A stretch of DNA of 64,000 bases from Amphiscolops sp. MND2022 (lineage: Eukaryota), in NCBI GenBank assembly GCA_964187785.1, contig OZ076415.1, positions 14,384,001 through 14,448,000 of the forward strand. Reading direction: 5' to 3'. Position numbers and translations under genes: made by a program. Position 1 is the first letter of the stretch. Each line of letters opens with the position of its first letter. The notes beneath the pieces were generated by a model, which saw nothing but the letters and a program-made list of their open reading frames with translations, was not told the origin of the DNA and did no database searches. Positions 36,600 to 49,609 of this stretch are shown here, one piece after another.

Positions 36600-37429
36600 T
36601 TATGCTTTCATAGCAACCTTGAAAGAGGAGTAACTCGGATAACTCTTACGTAACCGTTCTCTTTGAACATAACAGGTCTTTAACGGTCATTCGGTTTTCG
36701 GGCTTTGCTTTTGCATTGATAAAAATGTTTTGCGTTTCGTGTTTACCAACGAACGTACCATTTCGGTCGTTCGTGCTCTTTTTTGGGTTCAGTGCTTCTG
36801 TCGCCTACTGAACCCGGTTCTCGTTAGTTTTCGTACATAGATCGAACGTTCGTCGATACATGTCAATCACTTGAATGACATCTCAACAATTTTCATAGTG
36901 AGGTGCCTTCAGTTCAAACGTTACGTAATTTAATCATATTTCATTCAGTTCACCACGCCATACTGAAACAATGCTTTTGTGCAGCATGTTCAAATGTCTT
37001 TGAACTTGCTGGAATCGGTACAAAGCCTATTCAACTTGCGTTACCCTTTTACGGGTTTTAATCAATAAGTCAAGGAAAGAGTTGCTTCCCAGACAATGAC
37101 TTGTCTGGTACCTGCTAAAGTAACTTTAACGTTTTGTGAATCCCTTCCTAGGACACTTAGAGTTGAAATAACATGGGAGACAGGCACTGCTCGGGTCAAT
37201 CAAACATTAAACTTTCACTGCTAGCTGCTGGTTCCTTCGTGAGCCGTAATCTTGTAACTAAGCCATAATTCCCATTCCTGTTAACTTTCTTTTAACTTAA
37301 TATTCAATGTAAACCAACTTTGCTTTATACTTGAACAACTAATCAATTAATTCTTCAATCCATTCATCAGCCTTTTATGCTCCCAAGTTAGCAGCCACAA
37401 ACCCCCCTTTGTGCACGCGGGCACAAACA
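36576..37429 (+). repeat. BEL 3' LTR
   Basis: Matches the 5' LTR with about 3 substitutions and 1 indel. Confidence 0.97.
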
Positions 37430-38132
37430 AGTATGCATTTTGCACCATACTTCAAAGCTCGACAGTAGCAATGACTCCCCAACTTGTTTTTCCGGTGTTT
37501 CAACACAGTGCGGCGTTTTCTTTCACCAGTGATTTGTTATTGAATTTTCTTTGGTTTTCTTCTCAAAATACTGCTAATTGCCAGATTTTTTCAACTGATT
37601 CATTGCGGTTGTGATTCATTGCGTTGAGCCTGACCAAGGGCGCCAACCTTGGCCGTTCTCGGCTTAGTTTCAGTTTTGTTTCAGACTTTTCTAATGAAAT
37701 TATTGCATAATTCGTGCATAATTAGTGAATTGGTGCATAATTCGTGGATAATTCCAAAAAAAAATCTGAAGAGGGTCAAATTGATTCCAAAGTGGTAGAT
37801 GAGCGACCGATGGGATAATGGCGGAAAAAGTCGAAGTTTTGGACAAAGTATGTCTCAAAGCGTGACGCGAACCTGTAGTTCTTTGGAAAGCACTCAAGTG
37901 TTAACATCGGTGATATCACGCTTAAAAACACAATTCGACTATAATAACATTCTACTGAATTTTCAAACGATATATTTTTATCATAAACATAAACTGACGG
38001 TACAGTCTTTAAAGTGGTCAACAACTTTCTGTCGTCTATACTGTAAATCAGTTCATACTATTGAAGGTCAGGTGGTGTCAGCATACAGCATCAGGTAGTT
38101 TACCCTTCAAAAATCTGCTATTGTGTTGTTTT

Positions 38133-38595
38133 TAGGGCTGTGCATTTAACCGACCGAACTCAATTAACCGACCGAAGTTGTCAATAACCGAAACCGACCG
38201 ACTTATCATATAACCGACTTCGGTTAATTCTTTCAACCAATTAAGATGAAAAACTTTCTTTCAAATTGCACAAAGAAAACATAAATTATGAAGAATAAAA
38301 CCGACTCAGTGCTTGAATTGCGTGATTGATTAACGACCACTGGAATACCAGCTACAGCAGCTCCTAGCGAACGACATTTGGCCGATTCAGGCAACATTAT
38401 CACTACGCGCAAAGAATCTCTGAGCCCAGAAACTTTTTGCAAACTTGTTTTTTCTAAGAAATTGCTTTGAGTAAATTGTTCAAAAATGAAGGTAAAATTT
38501 ACTGATTCACGTTTTTTTATAAATAACCGACCGATAACCCACCGATTTTTTAAATAACCGACCGAACACAAAAAGATGATAATTGCACAGCCCTA
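38133..38595. mobile_element. hAT-type MITE
   Basis: 12-bp TIR TAGGGCTGTGCA, 8-bp TSD GTTGTTTT, and subterminal AACCGACCGA repeats. Confidence 0.93.
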
Positions 38596-38938
38596 GTTGT
38601 TTTAACTAAGCTTCAATTGATCTGCAGAACGGCACATAGTGCCTTTAAAATAAGCAACTATTATAAAGTTTCTGAAATGCTATCGGGACTATTAAATTAC
38701 ATCTTAGAATCAATATGTTCTAGGACTCTGAGTAGTGTGATTTTTAGTTACTTTCTTAGTTTTAAAGTTCAAACAAAATCAAAACTTTTTCACAGGTGGC
38801 GAATGAATTGTGAAGATTTTGAGGAAGGCGAATAGGTTCCTTAGTTCCAAAACATTTAATCAAATACTTTATATTAAATATCACTTCCATAGTTTATCAA
38901 ATTGACAAGTTGCCAAAAACACGTGGTACCTGAACAAT

Positions 38939-39043
38939 TCATGTTACATTCAACTTGACTGGATCCCAGTGTGATTCAGTTTCAGAAGACATTATTAGGT
39001 TCCCAGTTGGTTGGATTGGAAGTTCTACCTTCTGCTCAGCAAA
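38939..39043 (-). CDS. Candidate terminal exon of an unidentified minus-strand gene
   Basis: Acceptor ttttttcgtctaatcag| followed by phase-0 FAEQKVELPIQPTGNLIMSSETESHWDPVKLNVT*; phase-compatible with exon 44313-44496. Confidence 0.3.
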   Translation of the reverse strand, partial: FAEQKVELPIQPTGNLIMSSETESHWDPVKLNVT

Positions 39044-39218
39044 CTGATTAGACGAAAAAACAAAAATATCAATATCAAGAAATTTTCTCAGTATAGTTTT
39101 GATCCAAAAGTAGAACTTAATCGTTCTTAAAATAGATATACCAGATATTTTATTTTCATTCTTTGTCAAAAATTCTGCCAGAGACTACATGTACTACATG
39201 ATTGATCAAGAAGTTATT

Positions 39219-39298
39219 GCCACCTGGTGAAGTGGTTACTGTGGTTTCTTAGTTTGGCCAGCGTCAGAAATTTGGGTTCAAGTCCGCTGCACTGGTCC
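39219..39298 (+). mobile_element. tRNA-derived SINE-like head
   Basis: A-box-like TGGTGAAGTGGTT and B-box GGTTCAAGTCC; no proper cloverleaf. Confidence 0.45.
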
Positions 39299-42200
39299 AA
39301 TTTTTTAAGCGTGCAAAGGTAGAGGATATACGAACTGTTGTCTTGAAACTTATGAGTAATCCTGAAATCTGTGGTGTATCCAGGGGTGCCAAAGAGATTA
39401 CTTTGGTTCTGGTAAATTGTTAACTGGTTTGAAAAGCCAAAAGTGACTAAAGGGTTGCCCCTTCTCAGGTGGCTCCGGAACTGTGCGACTTTTGAAAGAA
39501 TTTTAACAACAATTTTTGGTGGTTTTAATGCTCTAAGTTAAGAGAAGTCCAAATTTGAATTCGCCTAAGATGTAAAAAGCATCCAGTGGTTCATTTGATT
39601 TGTTTACACTTTTAACTAATTTCTAAACTGGATGAGATGAAAGGACCCCGTCTTGGATTTATTGGGTACTATGACTTTTACTATACACTTTTCTTCATTT
39701 TTCTTCATTTTTATTCAAGGAGTTTCTATTTTTTAAAAATGTTTTGAGTACATAACATGCTTATTCCCAGTCTAAAGGGTACCTCTTTGAGTGCCTCTCA
39801 CTGCCAGATATTTTTAGATATATTTTTTGCACAAATTCGGTATTGCTTGATGTTTCAAGTAGTTCAACCAAGCCTTTTTCAACCTAGAAGGTCCTTCATT
39901 TGGTTTTTTTTCGACATTTTGCATGTTCATTGAACTCGTTTTCCGCCAATAAGTCTCGCCCTGGGCCAGCGTTTTTCAACCAGTGTCGAACCTCTATCAT
40001 TTTGAAATTGAACTGGAATAGTAACCATCTTTATGATATAACATATTTGCAGATGTTGTTTTCGCATTTTAATAGATCTTATATTCAAATTATCCTAAAA
40101 ATACACCATGTGGAGAGTGCGTTCGGCTCTGACTAAGTTTGAATTTGTGTACCTTTTTAATTTGAACCAAACCATAACCATTTTATGTAAACGCACATTT
40201 AACCAAAAAAAACCTGTTCGAAATGATAACGTTATTCGCGAATTATATAAGCTTCTGTGATGATGAAAAAAAAATACTTCTTACGAGTTGCCTTTACGGA
40301 ACCTATATATTTGAATGAACTACTTTTTGGAAACTTTTGCAGGCATTTTAATTTAGCGCCGATTCGGAAATTAAACGCTTTCTTTCATTTCGATATTCTC
40401 GAGTTTTCAGAAACTGTAATTTTTCACAGCTCGGTCAATTAACCAATTTGGCTAACATTGATGTTTTAACAGAGTTGCGACTATGCAATGAAAGATTACT
40501 ATTCAATGATACTGGAATGGTTTTTCATTTTTTGATTTTAAAAATCGGACCATTAGATTCCGGAATTAAGTCCAATCCTACTGGACACATTCAATAGTTA
40601 AGATTGTTCTACGCTTGAAACCGAATAAAGCACTTGTTTTGATAGCAAACTTCAAGTGTCAGCATGTAAAAATTTTGCAACAGATTAGCACGTAAGATGT
40701 GAGAACAGTTAATTGGTAAAAATATCAAAATACAAATTCAAATATCTCGAGAACTGCCTCGAATACAGATTATTGTCAGTTAGGGTCTGAATTCCCTCTA
40801 GAATTATAACCCATTGGATAATTTCTTTTCGTAACTTGGAAAAAGTTAAAAAAAGCGTTCGGTACCAAAAATAGCCCGGCGGGATGTTTGGTGTCATACC
40901 GCTTCATAATTTCAGTAAAAAGGTAAAATAACAAAAACTTGAGCCCTTTGGTCTCTTTGGGCACTTTTTAGACATTCCATAGGCATTATGTATTCCTTTG
41001 AAAACCTAGGCACTGTAATCGTCGGAGGCAAAATGTGTCGACAAAAAAAAACAATATACATTTCATAGACTTTTTTAGGCCGTGCTCATTGTGACAAAAA
41101 GATTTTTTAAGAAAAAATGAAACATCCTTCGAAATTTCATAATTAGAAGAAAAACATTGTGAAATTTCCAACTGAGAACAAACTGATGTGCGAAGACGGT
41201 AAATTGCCCATGTAAAACTGAATTTTCAGGGACTGAAATGTCGTCTACTACCATTATTTGGTAGTCTGTCAACTACCCTTATTTTCATTATCATGTATAA
41301 ATGGCTGGGCTCTCGGTTCAAATCATTGGAACATTTGAAGTCAACTTTAATTAAATGCGTTGATAAAACTAGTTGTTTTTCCTTGTTTTTACTAATTACT
41401 TGTTAATTTCGTTTTTCTTTGAAGCAATGAATCTTCGACGACGCAGCACGCTTGAGGTGCTATATTTTCTTTTATCTACTATCAAATAACCAGCGGCCAT
41501 AATTGCTCAATGTTGTTCGCGCAATAAACGTTAATTAAACAATTAGCATGAAACGATAGAGATGTTCAAATTATGGCAAACTTAAAAGCAAGAGTTGCGT
41601 TTGCTAGCCAATAATGTTTCAAGGAAGCTATCTTGGCCTGAAGACGAGAATCAATTAATGGAACTCGACTTAGTGTGTGAAAACTAAGTTCTATTCCTAA
41701 GATCTTTTTCATCGGCATACTTGCGCTAATTTTTGCTCCAGGCTCGGCTTGAAGAGTGTTGAAATCTTGAAAAATGGGTGAGAAAATTTATAATTTAGTC
41801 AAAACTACTTAGACGAGTACGAATTTTATGGAGCGGAATCGATTGGTTGAGTTTAAATATTTGTTTGGGATTATATGGGATTAGGGCGAGAAATGTTGGA
41901 ACGTGTTACGGGATCGAAAAATCTCAGTTAAGATTTCAACAATGTGCTTCAAATCGCGTGAAGAGGCCTGTCATTTGCGAAGGGATATTAGCTGAGCGCA
42001 ATATTGCTCCTTACATCAGCTAATCTTCCATCGTTTCGCCCACTTTTCCATATTATTTCAAATGACCGGTCAAAGCGCTACTCCCGGTTCGGCTGATATT
42101 CTCGACAGGGTCCTAGACTTTTAATATCCGGAATTTCTCAGAAAATAAATTACGTCACTGGGGCATTTGCTTTAAAACTCATAACCTTGCTGTGAGTCAA

Positions 42201-44312
42201 AAAAAGTGTTGGAATCTTGTCCGATTGCTACAAGCAGTGTGATTTTCTGAGAAAATGTAATGTAAAAACCTATTGTTTTGATACTTATACCATACCCATA
42301 TACCATATACTCTAACATTATAACGATAATCGTTACCTATAAAAATCAGGAACAAACTAAACATTGAATTCAGAATATGATATTCGAAAAAACTTCATTT
42401 TCAAAATTAACTCACAAAAAGAAAATATATAACCAAGCACTTAATCAATACTCTGTTTCAGAAAGTTTCAGAAATTCAACACAAGTGGAAATCACAAAAG
42501 TAGCAGCAACAATTGTAGCAATTAAAGGATACTCTTCAACAAAAGCACAACATCAAGGATTCATGAATGATAATGACTGTTTCTGTCTGCACAGAGCTGC
42601 AAAACTGATCATCAAAGTGGTGAAAAATAAGGGAGGGTGCTGAATGAGCTAGTAGTTGACCCAGAATGAAGTGGTCCAGTTGAAACAGTTATAACAGATT
42701 ATAACTCTCCCCAGTCTCTCCCATCTTTTCGAGGGGTGACCCACATCCGGGAAGTAATGCTTGTTCTGGACTCGTCAATGCCCGGCTAGGCCAAGACTCG
42801 CTGAGATTTTACAGCCCCGGGAAACTGAAATTGATTCAAGTAGACCGCTTACGGCTGCTGTTTTTACGGTCAAAAATTAAAGTAAAAGCCTCATAAAATT
42901 GTTTTCATAACATAAAAGTTAAACGCACACACACAACGGTTGAGGTGAACGGCAGTTAGGGTGTGAAATGCGGAATGAACTAAATTGTGATCGAATTTGG
43001 GCTAGTAAAAAATTTTGCAAATTTTGCAAATCTGAAAAATTTGTCAATTACTTTCGGCTTATCTCAGCAAAAAAAGCAACTTTACATTGAAAGAAAGGAA
43101 AAATCGAACAAAAATGATCGATTAAATTATTCCGAAAAAAACGAAATGATACAATTGATCTAAATCTGTTTAATCAAGCTGGTATTGTATTTTAGTCCAA
43201 GCGAGGAGACAATTGTAAAGATTATGATTTTCCAGATAGGGTCACAAATAGTCATATTGTTTGAACAACTTTTAAAACTTTCTTAGCAGCGAATATCGAA
43301 ACCTTTTTCGAGTCTTGATTTAAAAGTTTTCTTTGCTCTGGTATATCGAATTTTTTATTCGTAAACTCAGACTACCTTATCCCATTTAATTTGGAGTCAA
43401 GATTTTTAGAGCCAGAATCTGAAAAAGAACATTAAAAGTATGGATCTCTGGCGAAAAACTCACTTAATCAGTAATGGCATGCGCTCCACTTCTGCATTTA
43501 GGATATCACTGGCATTCAAACGTATAACTTTTCTAAGACCTATAAACTCCTGCGAATCGATTTTGCCAAGGACATTTTAACAGAACAAATTTTGACCTGG
43601 TATGAAGAATTTTTTAAACGAAATTGGCAATATCCATATTTGAACTTATTCCCGATCTACTTTTTGCTCCGTTTAAAAAAGTGTATAATAGGCACCGCTG
43701 AAGACAAGGCACTATTTTTGTTATGGGTTTGTTTTTGTTTATTTGTTGGCATGAAAATAAGTTGAATGGCGTTTTTTCTTTGTTTCTCAAATTCGGCCCA
43801 GCAAATAAACAAAAACAAAATGAATACAAAATTCTTTCTCATCGCGAAGCGAGTGCGCTTATTTGAGCGTGATCGGTCGCGTATTGGATGCCCAAATTTG
43901 GAAATAGAACAGCCTTTTGTTCATACTTCAATATCAAATTGATTATGAACAGACTGGAAAGTTAGGAACTGATGAAAAATTATTGGAACTTTCGACTTGA
44001 AATAAAACTTTCTTGGAGAAATTTTTGAATCGCGAAAATTGAGAAGCCACGAAGTTTTGGGAGTTTGCCGATTTTGCTGCCTTTTAAAGTTTTTTCAAGC
44101 CTTCTTAATCAACAATAACAAAAAATTTAAATGGCAAATCAATTTCCACAATATCATCAACGACAAGAAATTCTCAAAATTCATACTTGAAATCATGAAA
44201 AAAAATTTACTTCGGTTTTCAAAATTGGCGGCTTTAATCTCACCCTACTTAAGGCTTCTGACAGATTACAAAAACGATCAATAAAAAACGACATGGCGTT
44301 ATACCAAGTTAC

Positions 44313-44496
44313 CCGTTGCGCTGACTGGACATCCAACGTTGAATAAATGTCATCTTCAAAGTCGGCACCCATCGAAATTTGTTCCAAATAAGGAAATTTG
44401 TTTGTGTTCCCAACTGTGGCGATTTTGCAACCGACTGGATGTTTGAACGTACTCCGAACAGCGTGGCTTGACAGAAACGCTTCAAGCCAGTTCAAC
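44313..44496 (-). CDS. Candidate internal coding exon (184 nt) of an unidentified gene
   Basis: Acceptor tttctttccgttggcag|G and donor CGG|gtaact. The frame is open (LNWLEAFLSSHAVRSTFKHPVGCKIATVGNTNKFPYLEQISMGADFEDDIYSTLDVQSAQR) and the GC content is above the flanks. Confidence 0.55.
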
Positions 44497-44678
44497 CTGC
44501 CAACGGAAAGAAATTTATAAGAAAAAACAAATAAATTAATATAGGAAACATCTTACCCTTTGATATTAATTAAAGTAATTAAAGCACCGCCAGTACCCAA
44601 ACTTTAATTAGCATAATTTCAGTCAGCTATAAGTTGCAACTCTTGGACAAGTTGCTTTGATCGAATTCCGATCGAAAT

Positions 44679-45150
44679 CAGGGACTCCGTAAAAATAATG
44701 GTATTTCATGGACGTAAAGCCATCAATAATTTCCCTAATACTTCGCAAAAAAATGAATTATTTCCCTTTTAAATAAAATAAATAATGGAAATAAAGGTAA
44801 ATTTCCAAGAACAATTTGAATAGCAAAACTCAAATTAGATTATGCAGGAAATCAATTCGGCATCCCAGAATTTTTTATTGATTGATGAGAACAGTTCAGT
44901 TTCCTGGTGCATTGGCGCGAGGCTGTGTCTTGAGTGCGATATTTGCTTGAAAAAATTGAAATTTTGATCACGCGTTTCGTTTGCTTTCCACTTCTGTTGG
45001 CGCCAAAAAAAATCTTAAATTATGTTAAATATGTGAAATAAATTATTTCCCTGAACTTTATCTGAAAATGAATAATTTTTATTTTCGTGATGAAAAATGA
45101 ATTATTTATGGCCATTATTTCCATAAAAATTATTTTTTTCGGAGTCCCTG
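44679..45150. mobile_element. hAT-type MITE
   Basis: TIR CAGGGACTCCG(t/a)AAAA..TAAT and 8-bp TSD ATCGAAAT. Confidence 0.93.
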
Positions 45151-45486
45151 ATCGAAATAGATACAAAAAAGATATTTTGATCAAAATTTATTGAATATTA
45201 AAAATTATAAAGCTCCTTTTTTCTGAAGTGAGTAGTGTTAGAACTTGAACCTTGAAATTGAGACTATGTGTATTTGTAGAGGAGAATGACCAAATGAAAC
45301 AAAATTTGAGAACAGATAGAAACTATGGGAAAGTAAAAAGCAACGAATTAGCTATATTATAGTAAAAATCCACCAAAATTGATTATACAGCAAATTTTCG
45401 TCTCCTTGGGCATACCACGTGAGAAAGGAAAATGAGACAAGCCTTTCTCCCGCTAAGCACCGGGATATTTTCCGCCACAAAAATTC

Positions 45487-45553
45487 AGGCTCCAGCCCGG
45501 ATTCGAACCCATGAACTGCCAGGCGGACGCACTGCCAACTGGGGCATGGTGAC
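45487..45553 (-). mobile_element. tRNA-derived SINE-like head or tRNA pseudogene
   Basis: Minus strand has an A-box-like TGCCCCAGTTGGCAGTGC and B-box GGTTCGAATCC; the anticodon arm is shortened. Confidence 0.55.
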
Positions 45554-45795
45554 TAAAATATCCAAATATTCAAATGGAGTAATAAAGTGATTTGGTAGAA
45601 TTTGGAAAAAAAACGCTACATAGATGGCGATTTTCCTCCCTCTACACAATAAATTGTGGGGGCGGAATAACTGTTTCGATAACATCTTGTGACGTCCCAT
45701 GAATGGCCTGAAAAGCGGAAATTGCTCCATTTGACAAAGGATTTTCAAAATTTCCATCACGAAGTTTTTTCCGGTTGTTATCTAGAAAATCATTT

Positions 45796-46268
45796 GGACC
45801 ATGTGTTCAATCCCCCCCCCCCCAAGCGGCCGCAGGGGGAAAATAAGACAGGAGGTTCAAATACTATTATGTCGACATCGTTTGCGTTGAAATTTTGGTC
45901 CAATAAAATAATTAATGTCGATATAATCCCATCCATTACATTGACTGTCAATTAAAAGTTGCTCATTAGATTTTATCACGAGAAAATTTTGAGTTGAAAT
46001 AGGGGCCTTTTTATACTATTTTATCTTAATCCGAGCGTGAATTTTAGCTATTTTGGACAATAATATCAAAAAATTAGGGCAAATTTTTTGCCTGAAGTGT
46101 CAAAACAGTTGTAGAGACAATCCTCCAAGTATTTACATTTATATAATATTCTCTTATTAGTGAAATATTTTTATTCAAGAACAAAATGTCAAAATGTACT
46201 TTCGTGTTGGGGGGGGGGGGGTAATTCGCAACAAGATGTACCTGGGGGGTTGATTGAATACATGGTCC
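45796..46268 (+). mobile_element. MITE with GG termini and 8-bp TSD (Merlin-like, tentative)
   Basis: 17-bp TIR GGACCATGT(G/A)TTCAATC and TSD AATCATTT (45788-45795 and 46269-46276). Confidence 0.8.
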
Positions 46269-46845
46269 AATCATTTTCGGCAAGCTCAAAAATGATAACC
46301 TAATTGTACATGTTTGCCATTCAAAAGGGTCAGTGTTGTGTTTAGGCTCATTATCCCACATATTGTTAACACATGTAAGTTCTAGAAAAAATATTACGGT
46401 CGCTTTTAAATACATTCTAAACGAAATCTCCGCATTTCAAATGAAGCCATTCTTTTCAATATTTCGAAATTCATGGTTTCGAAATGAATACACTGAACGA
46501 AACTTGAATTGAAGTCTGCCTCAACTAATGATATCCTATCCCTTTGAAACGAAAAGAAGATATATTTCATAAATGAAGCCAATTAAATAATTTTTGTTGA
46601 CCAATAGCCCCATAATGTGTTTGCACATTTGGGTAAACACTGTGAATAAACAAGAAAAAGAAGTTGCTCTGTAAGTGATACCGGTAATTACACCTCTGCT
46701 AACTAGGGCTGGATTAATTGGACAGTTGATACCAATTACCAGGGAAGGTAGCAGCACCGCCGGTATATCGATAATACATCATTAATACCGTGTTTCTACC
46801 GGTCTGTATAAGGCATCCTTCGAATAAGAGACACTAAACCCCCCT

Positions 46846-47267
46846 GACCATGTTTCTTAACAACCCCACCCCAGATACACCTTGTTTCGAATTCAACCCA
46901 ACTCCCCCTCCCCCAACACGAAAGAACATTTATTCTTGAAGAAAATTATTTAACTTATAAGAGAAGATTTATATGAATGTAAATACTCGGACGATTGTCT
47001 GTCTCTACGGCTGTTTCGACACTTCCAGCAAAAAAATGACCCTAATTATTGAATATTATCGTCCAAAATAGCAAAAACTCACGCTTGGAACAAACTAAAA
47101 TGGTATAAAAGGCCCCTATTTCAACACAAATTTTGTCCGCCTTAAAATCTTAGCAACTTTTGACTGGCAGTTCGACAATGATCTGTATACCGGTATTTGA
47201 ACCTTCTTTCTTATCAACCCCCCCGGGGGCCCCTTGGGAGGGGCCATGAAAATGAGAAACATGGTCC
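46846..47267 (-). mobile_element. Diverged inverted copy of the 45796-46268 MITE family, apparently inside a pogo/Tc1-like remnant (~46786-47830)
   Basis: The reverse complement aligns by eye along its length (e.g. AAAAGGCCCCTATTTCAAC, CACGCTTGGA). GACCATGT..ACATGGTCC ends; no TSD. Confidence 0.7.
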
Positions 47268-47712
47268 GCTGAATCTAATATAAGACCGCCCCACCCCTTG
47301 AATATAAGGCGTTATTATACTTCACAGCCGAAAAAAAATGTAGTGAAAATGTACCGATTACGTACCAAATAACATAAGAGCAAAAAACAAAAACGAAATA
47401 CTCCCATATAACATAAAAATGAAATTAGTTTCATATAACATTAAAAAAACGAACACCCGGTTAAACAATCGAAATTTTATCTGTAATTTTCATATTTTTT
47501 TCAGTAAATTTTTTGGTTTTTAAATGCTTTTGACCACTAAAACTTCCTCGTAGACAATTTTATTTTTTTACGTTTAGTGAAACATTTCATTTTGTTATTT
47601 GAAACTAATTTCGATTTCATATCATTTGCTCTTATGTTATTTGGGAATCCACCGTGTGTACTTTGAGTGAACGAGTTGTGCCAACTGTCAAAAAATCCTC
47701 TGTCTAAATTTT

Positions 47713-47810
47713 GGACCATTCTTCTTATCCCCCTCCCTAATCGGCAACGGGGAGGGGGTATTCGAAACAAGGTGTACCTGGGGTAGCGGTGGGTATTAAG
47801 AAACATAGTC
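47713..47810 (+). mobile_element. Internally deleted third copy of the same MITE family
   Basis: GGACCAT start and TTCGAAACAAGGTGTACCTGG..AAGAAACATAGTC end. Confidence 0.55.
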
Positions 47811-49039
47811 TTATTTTTCAATACGACATAACTGATATTGTCCTAATCATTTTACAAGTCAAAGAACCTCTTCAAATGAACAAAAAAACTTGAAAAATTA
47901 GCAACGAGCCAATTGTACCTCGGAAAACTTGTCTTAAATCAACGCGACTGATAAACAGAACACAGATGAAAAGTTGTTAAGCTAATTTGTCAATTTTTTA
48001 AATCGTCTTTTGCCTTCCCTTTGAAAATTTATCCCTCAATCAGTGTACTTTTTGCACGCATTGTTTGTCTACAATTGACAACCGGTAAGATGATCTTGAA
48101 AAAGCTTGTCTGAAGTCGGACTAATTGTCGAGTCTTTACCTGTACATGTAGCTTTTAACAAGCGCTATTTTTAATTAATACGTGACATCATCTTCTGGAG
48201 CTACCCTGGGAGCGTTTTAGAACCAACTCCCGCTCTGAAAATGGCGGGAAATCACGACCAGGTTAATGACCGCTAGCTAAGCAGGACTTTAATTCCAAGC
48301 CAATGCCGCCGTCGCGACGTTTACATGAAAGAAATTGAAAGTCTGCATCTTTGTAAAACTTCCGCCATCGATTGTAGTTTTACAAAATACATGGATGTAC
48401 TTACATGAAGTCAATATCTGGGATCGAAAATCTTGAATTTAAATAATCTTGATTGATTTGAAAAAGCAATCAATGCAGTATATTGACAAACTTTTATTAT
48501 AAGCACACCTGTTTCAGATGGTATATTCTAGGATAGAAGTTCGAAAATGTTGGAAACTTCGTTTGAAATAAGTTTAATACAGAAAAGTATTTTCTAAGCA
48601 CTTTTTCGAACAAATTTAGGATGCATGCCTTTAAAAAGAGGATCTTAGCTGAAAACGGACTTTCAATACCTTACAATTTTTCTGAAACATTTAAGGGTTA
48701 AATTTATTTAAAGTACTTGTTCGTGGATTTTTGGACTTGGACAAAATTTCAACGCAAACGATGTTGACATAATGGTATTTGAACTTTGCTTCTTATTTCC
48801 CAACAAGTTGATCTAGTAAATCGAAAAAAAAACTTGAGATTTGTTTTGATTTTTTTTCCATGTTTGGTGTTCAGATAATGATAACTATATGTGAAACTCC
48901 GGTGAAATAGTGCAATGATAATATTATTATATCGACATTTCAAATGTTTTGGCATAAATTAATCGAAAGTGAGAATTCGGCAGTGTGAGTTTGTAGAGCG
49001 GATGTGCGCTCTCTTTCAAGATGGCTTTATCTATCAAAA

Positions 49040-49609
49040 CATTATAAATCAAAGGGGCGCACAATGAAATGTTCATCTATTGTCATTTCAGAATATTCTA
49101 CATTTTCACACCTTCTTTCAAAAGACCGAGATTATCAATTCACTTGAAAGAGCTCTCTTTTTAACACATGATAAAATTTTGTGAAATTCTGTAGCCCTTC
49201 TGCCTAAAAACAATCAATATTCAAAAATACTGCTTCGAGAAAAGTACCAAAATTCTGACAAAAGTTTACAAGGAAGGCGAAATCTGTTGTTAATTGATCA
49301 ATTCAACAAAATTGGTGATTTGTTAAATCGAGTAAAATTGAGTTGTCCAATATTGAGAATTTGAGCATCTCAGCGAAGTAAGCTAGCAGCAGCTATTTGC
49401 TCAGCTAATCAGAACGCTTGACATAATTTGAAGCAATTCTATTGGCTGAGACAGAAAGTTTAGCATCAGAGAGTCGGCGACTAAATTAGCAAGATTTCAT
49501 TCTTCTAGTATTCAATTCCTTGATCAAATTGTTCCATTTTATTTCACCGAAAAGTTGAAAAGTTTGTTTTACTCGAAATCGCAATAAAACTAGTTTTCTC
49601 AGCAAACAG
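49040..49609 (+). promoter_or_regulatory. Candidate FoxA proximal regulatory region
   Basis: TCF-type ATCAAAGG 49048-49055, Sox-like CACAATG 49060-49066, inverted CCAAT 49441-49445, and forkhead motifs TGTTTAC 49565-49571 and GCAAACA 49602-49608. These are short motifs only. Confidence 0.35.

Larger units (their letters stand above)
28568..37429 (+). mobile_element. Young full-length BEL/Pao LTR retrotransposon
   Basis: 855/854-bp TG..CA LTRs with about 4 differences, 5-bp TSD AGTAT (28563-28567 and 37430-37434), a single gag-pol frame, and PPT 36559-36575. Confidence 0.98.

Noticed and set aside
45487-45553. Functional tRNA gene
   Set aside because: The anticodon arm is truncated and the acceptor stem does not pair; a SINE head is more likely.
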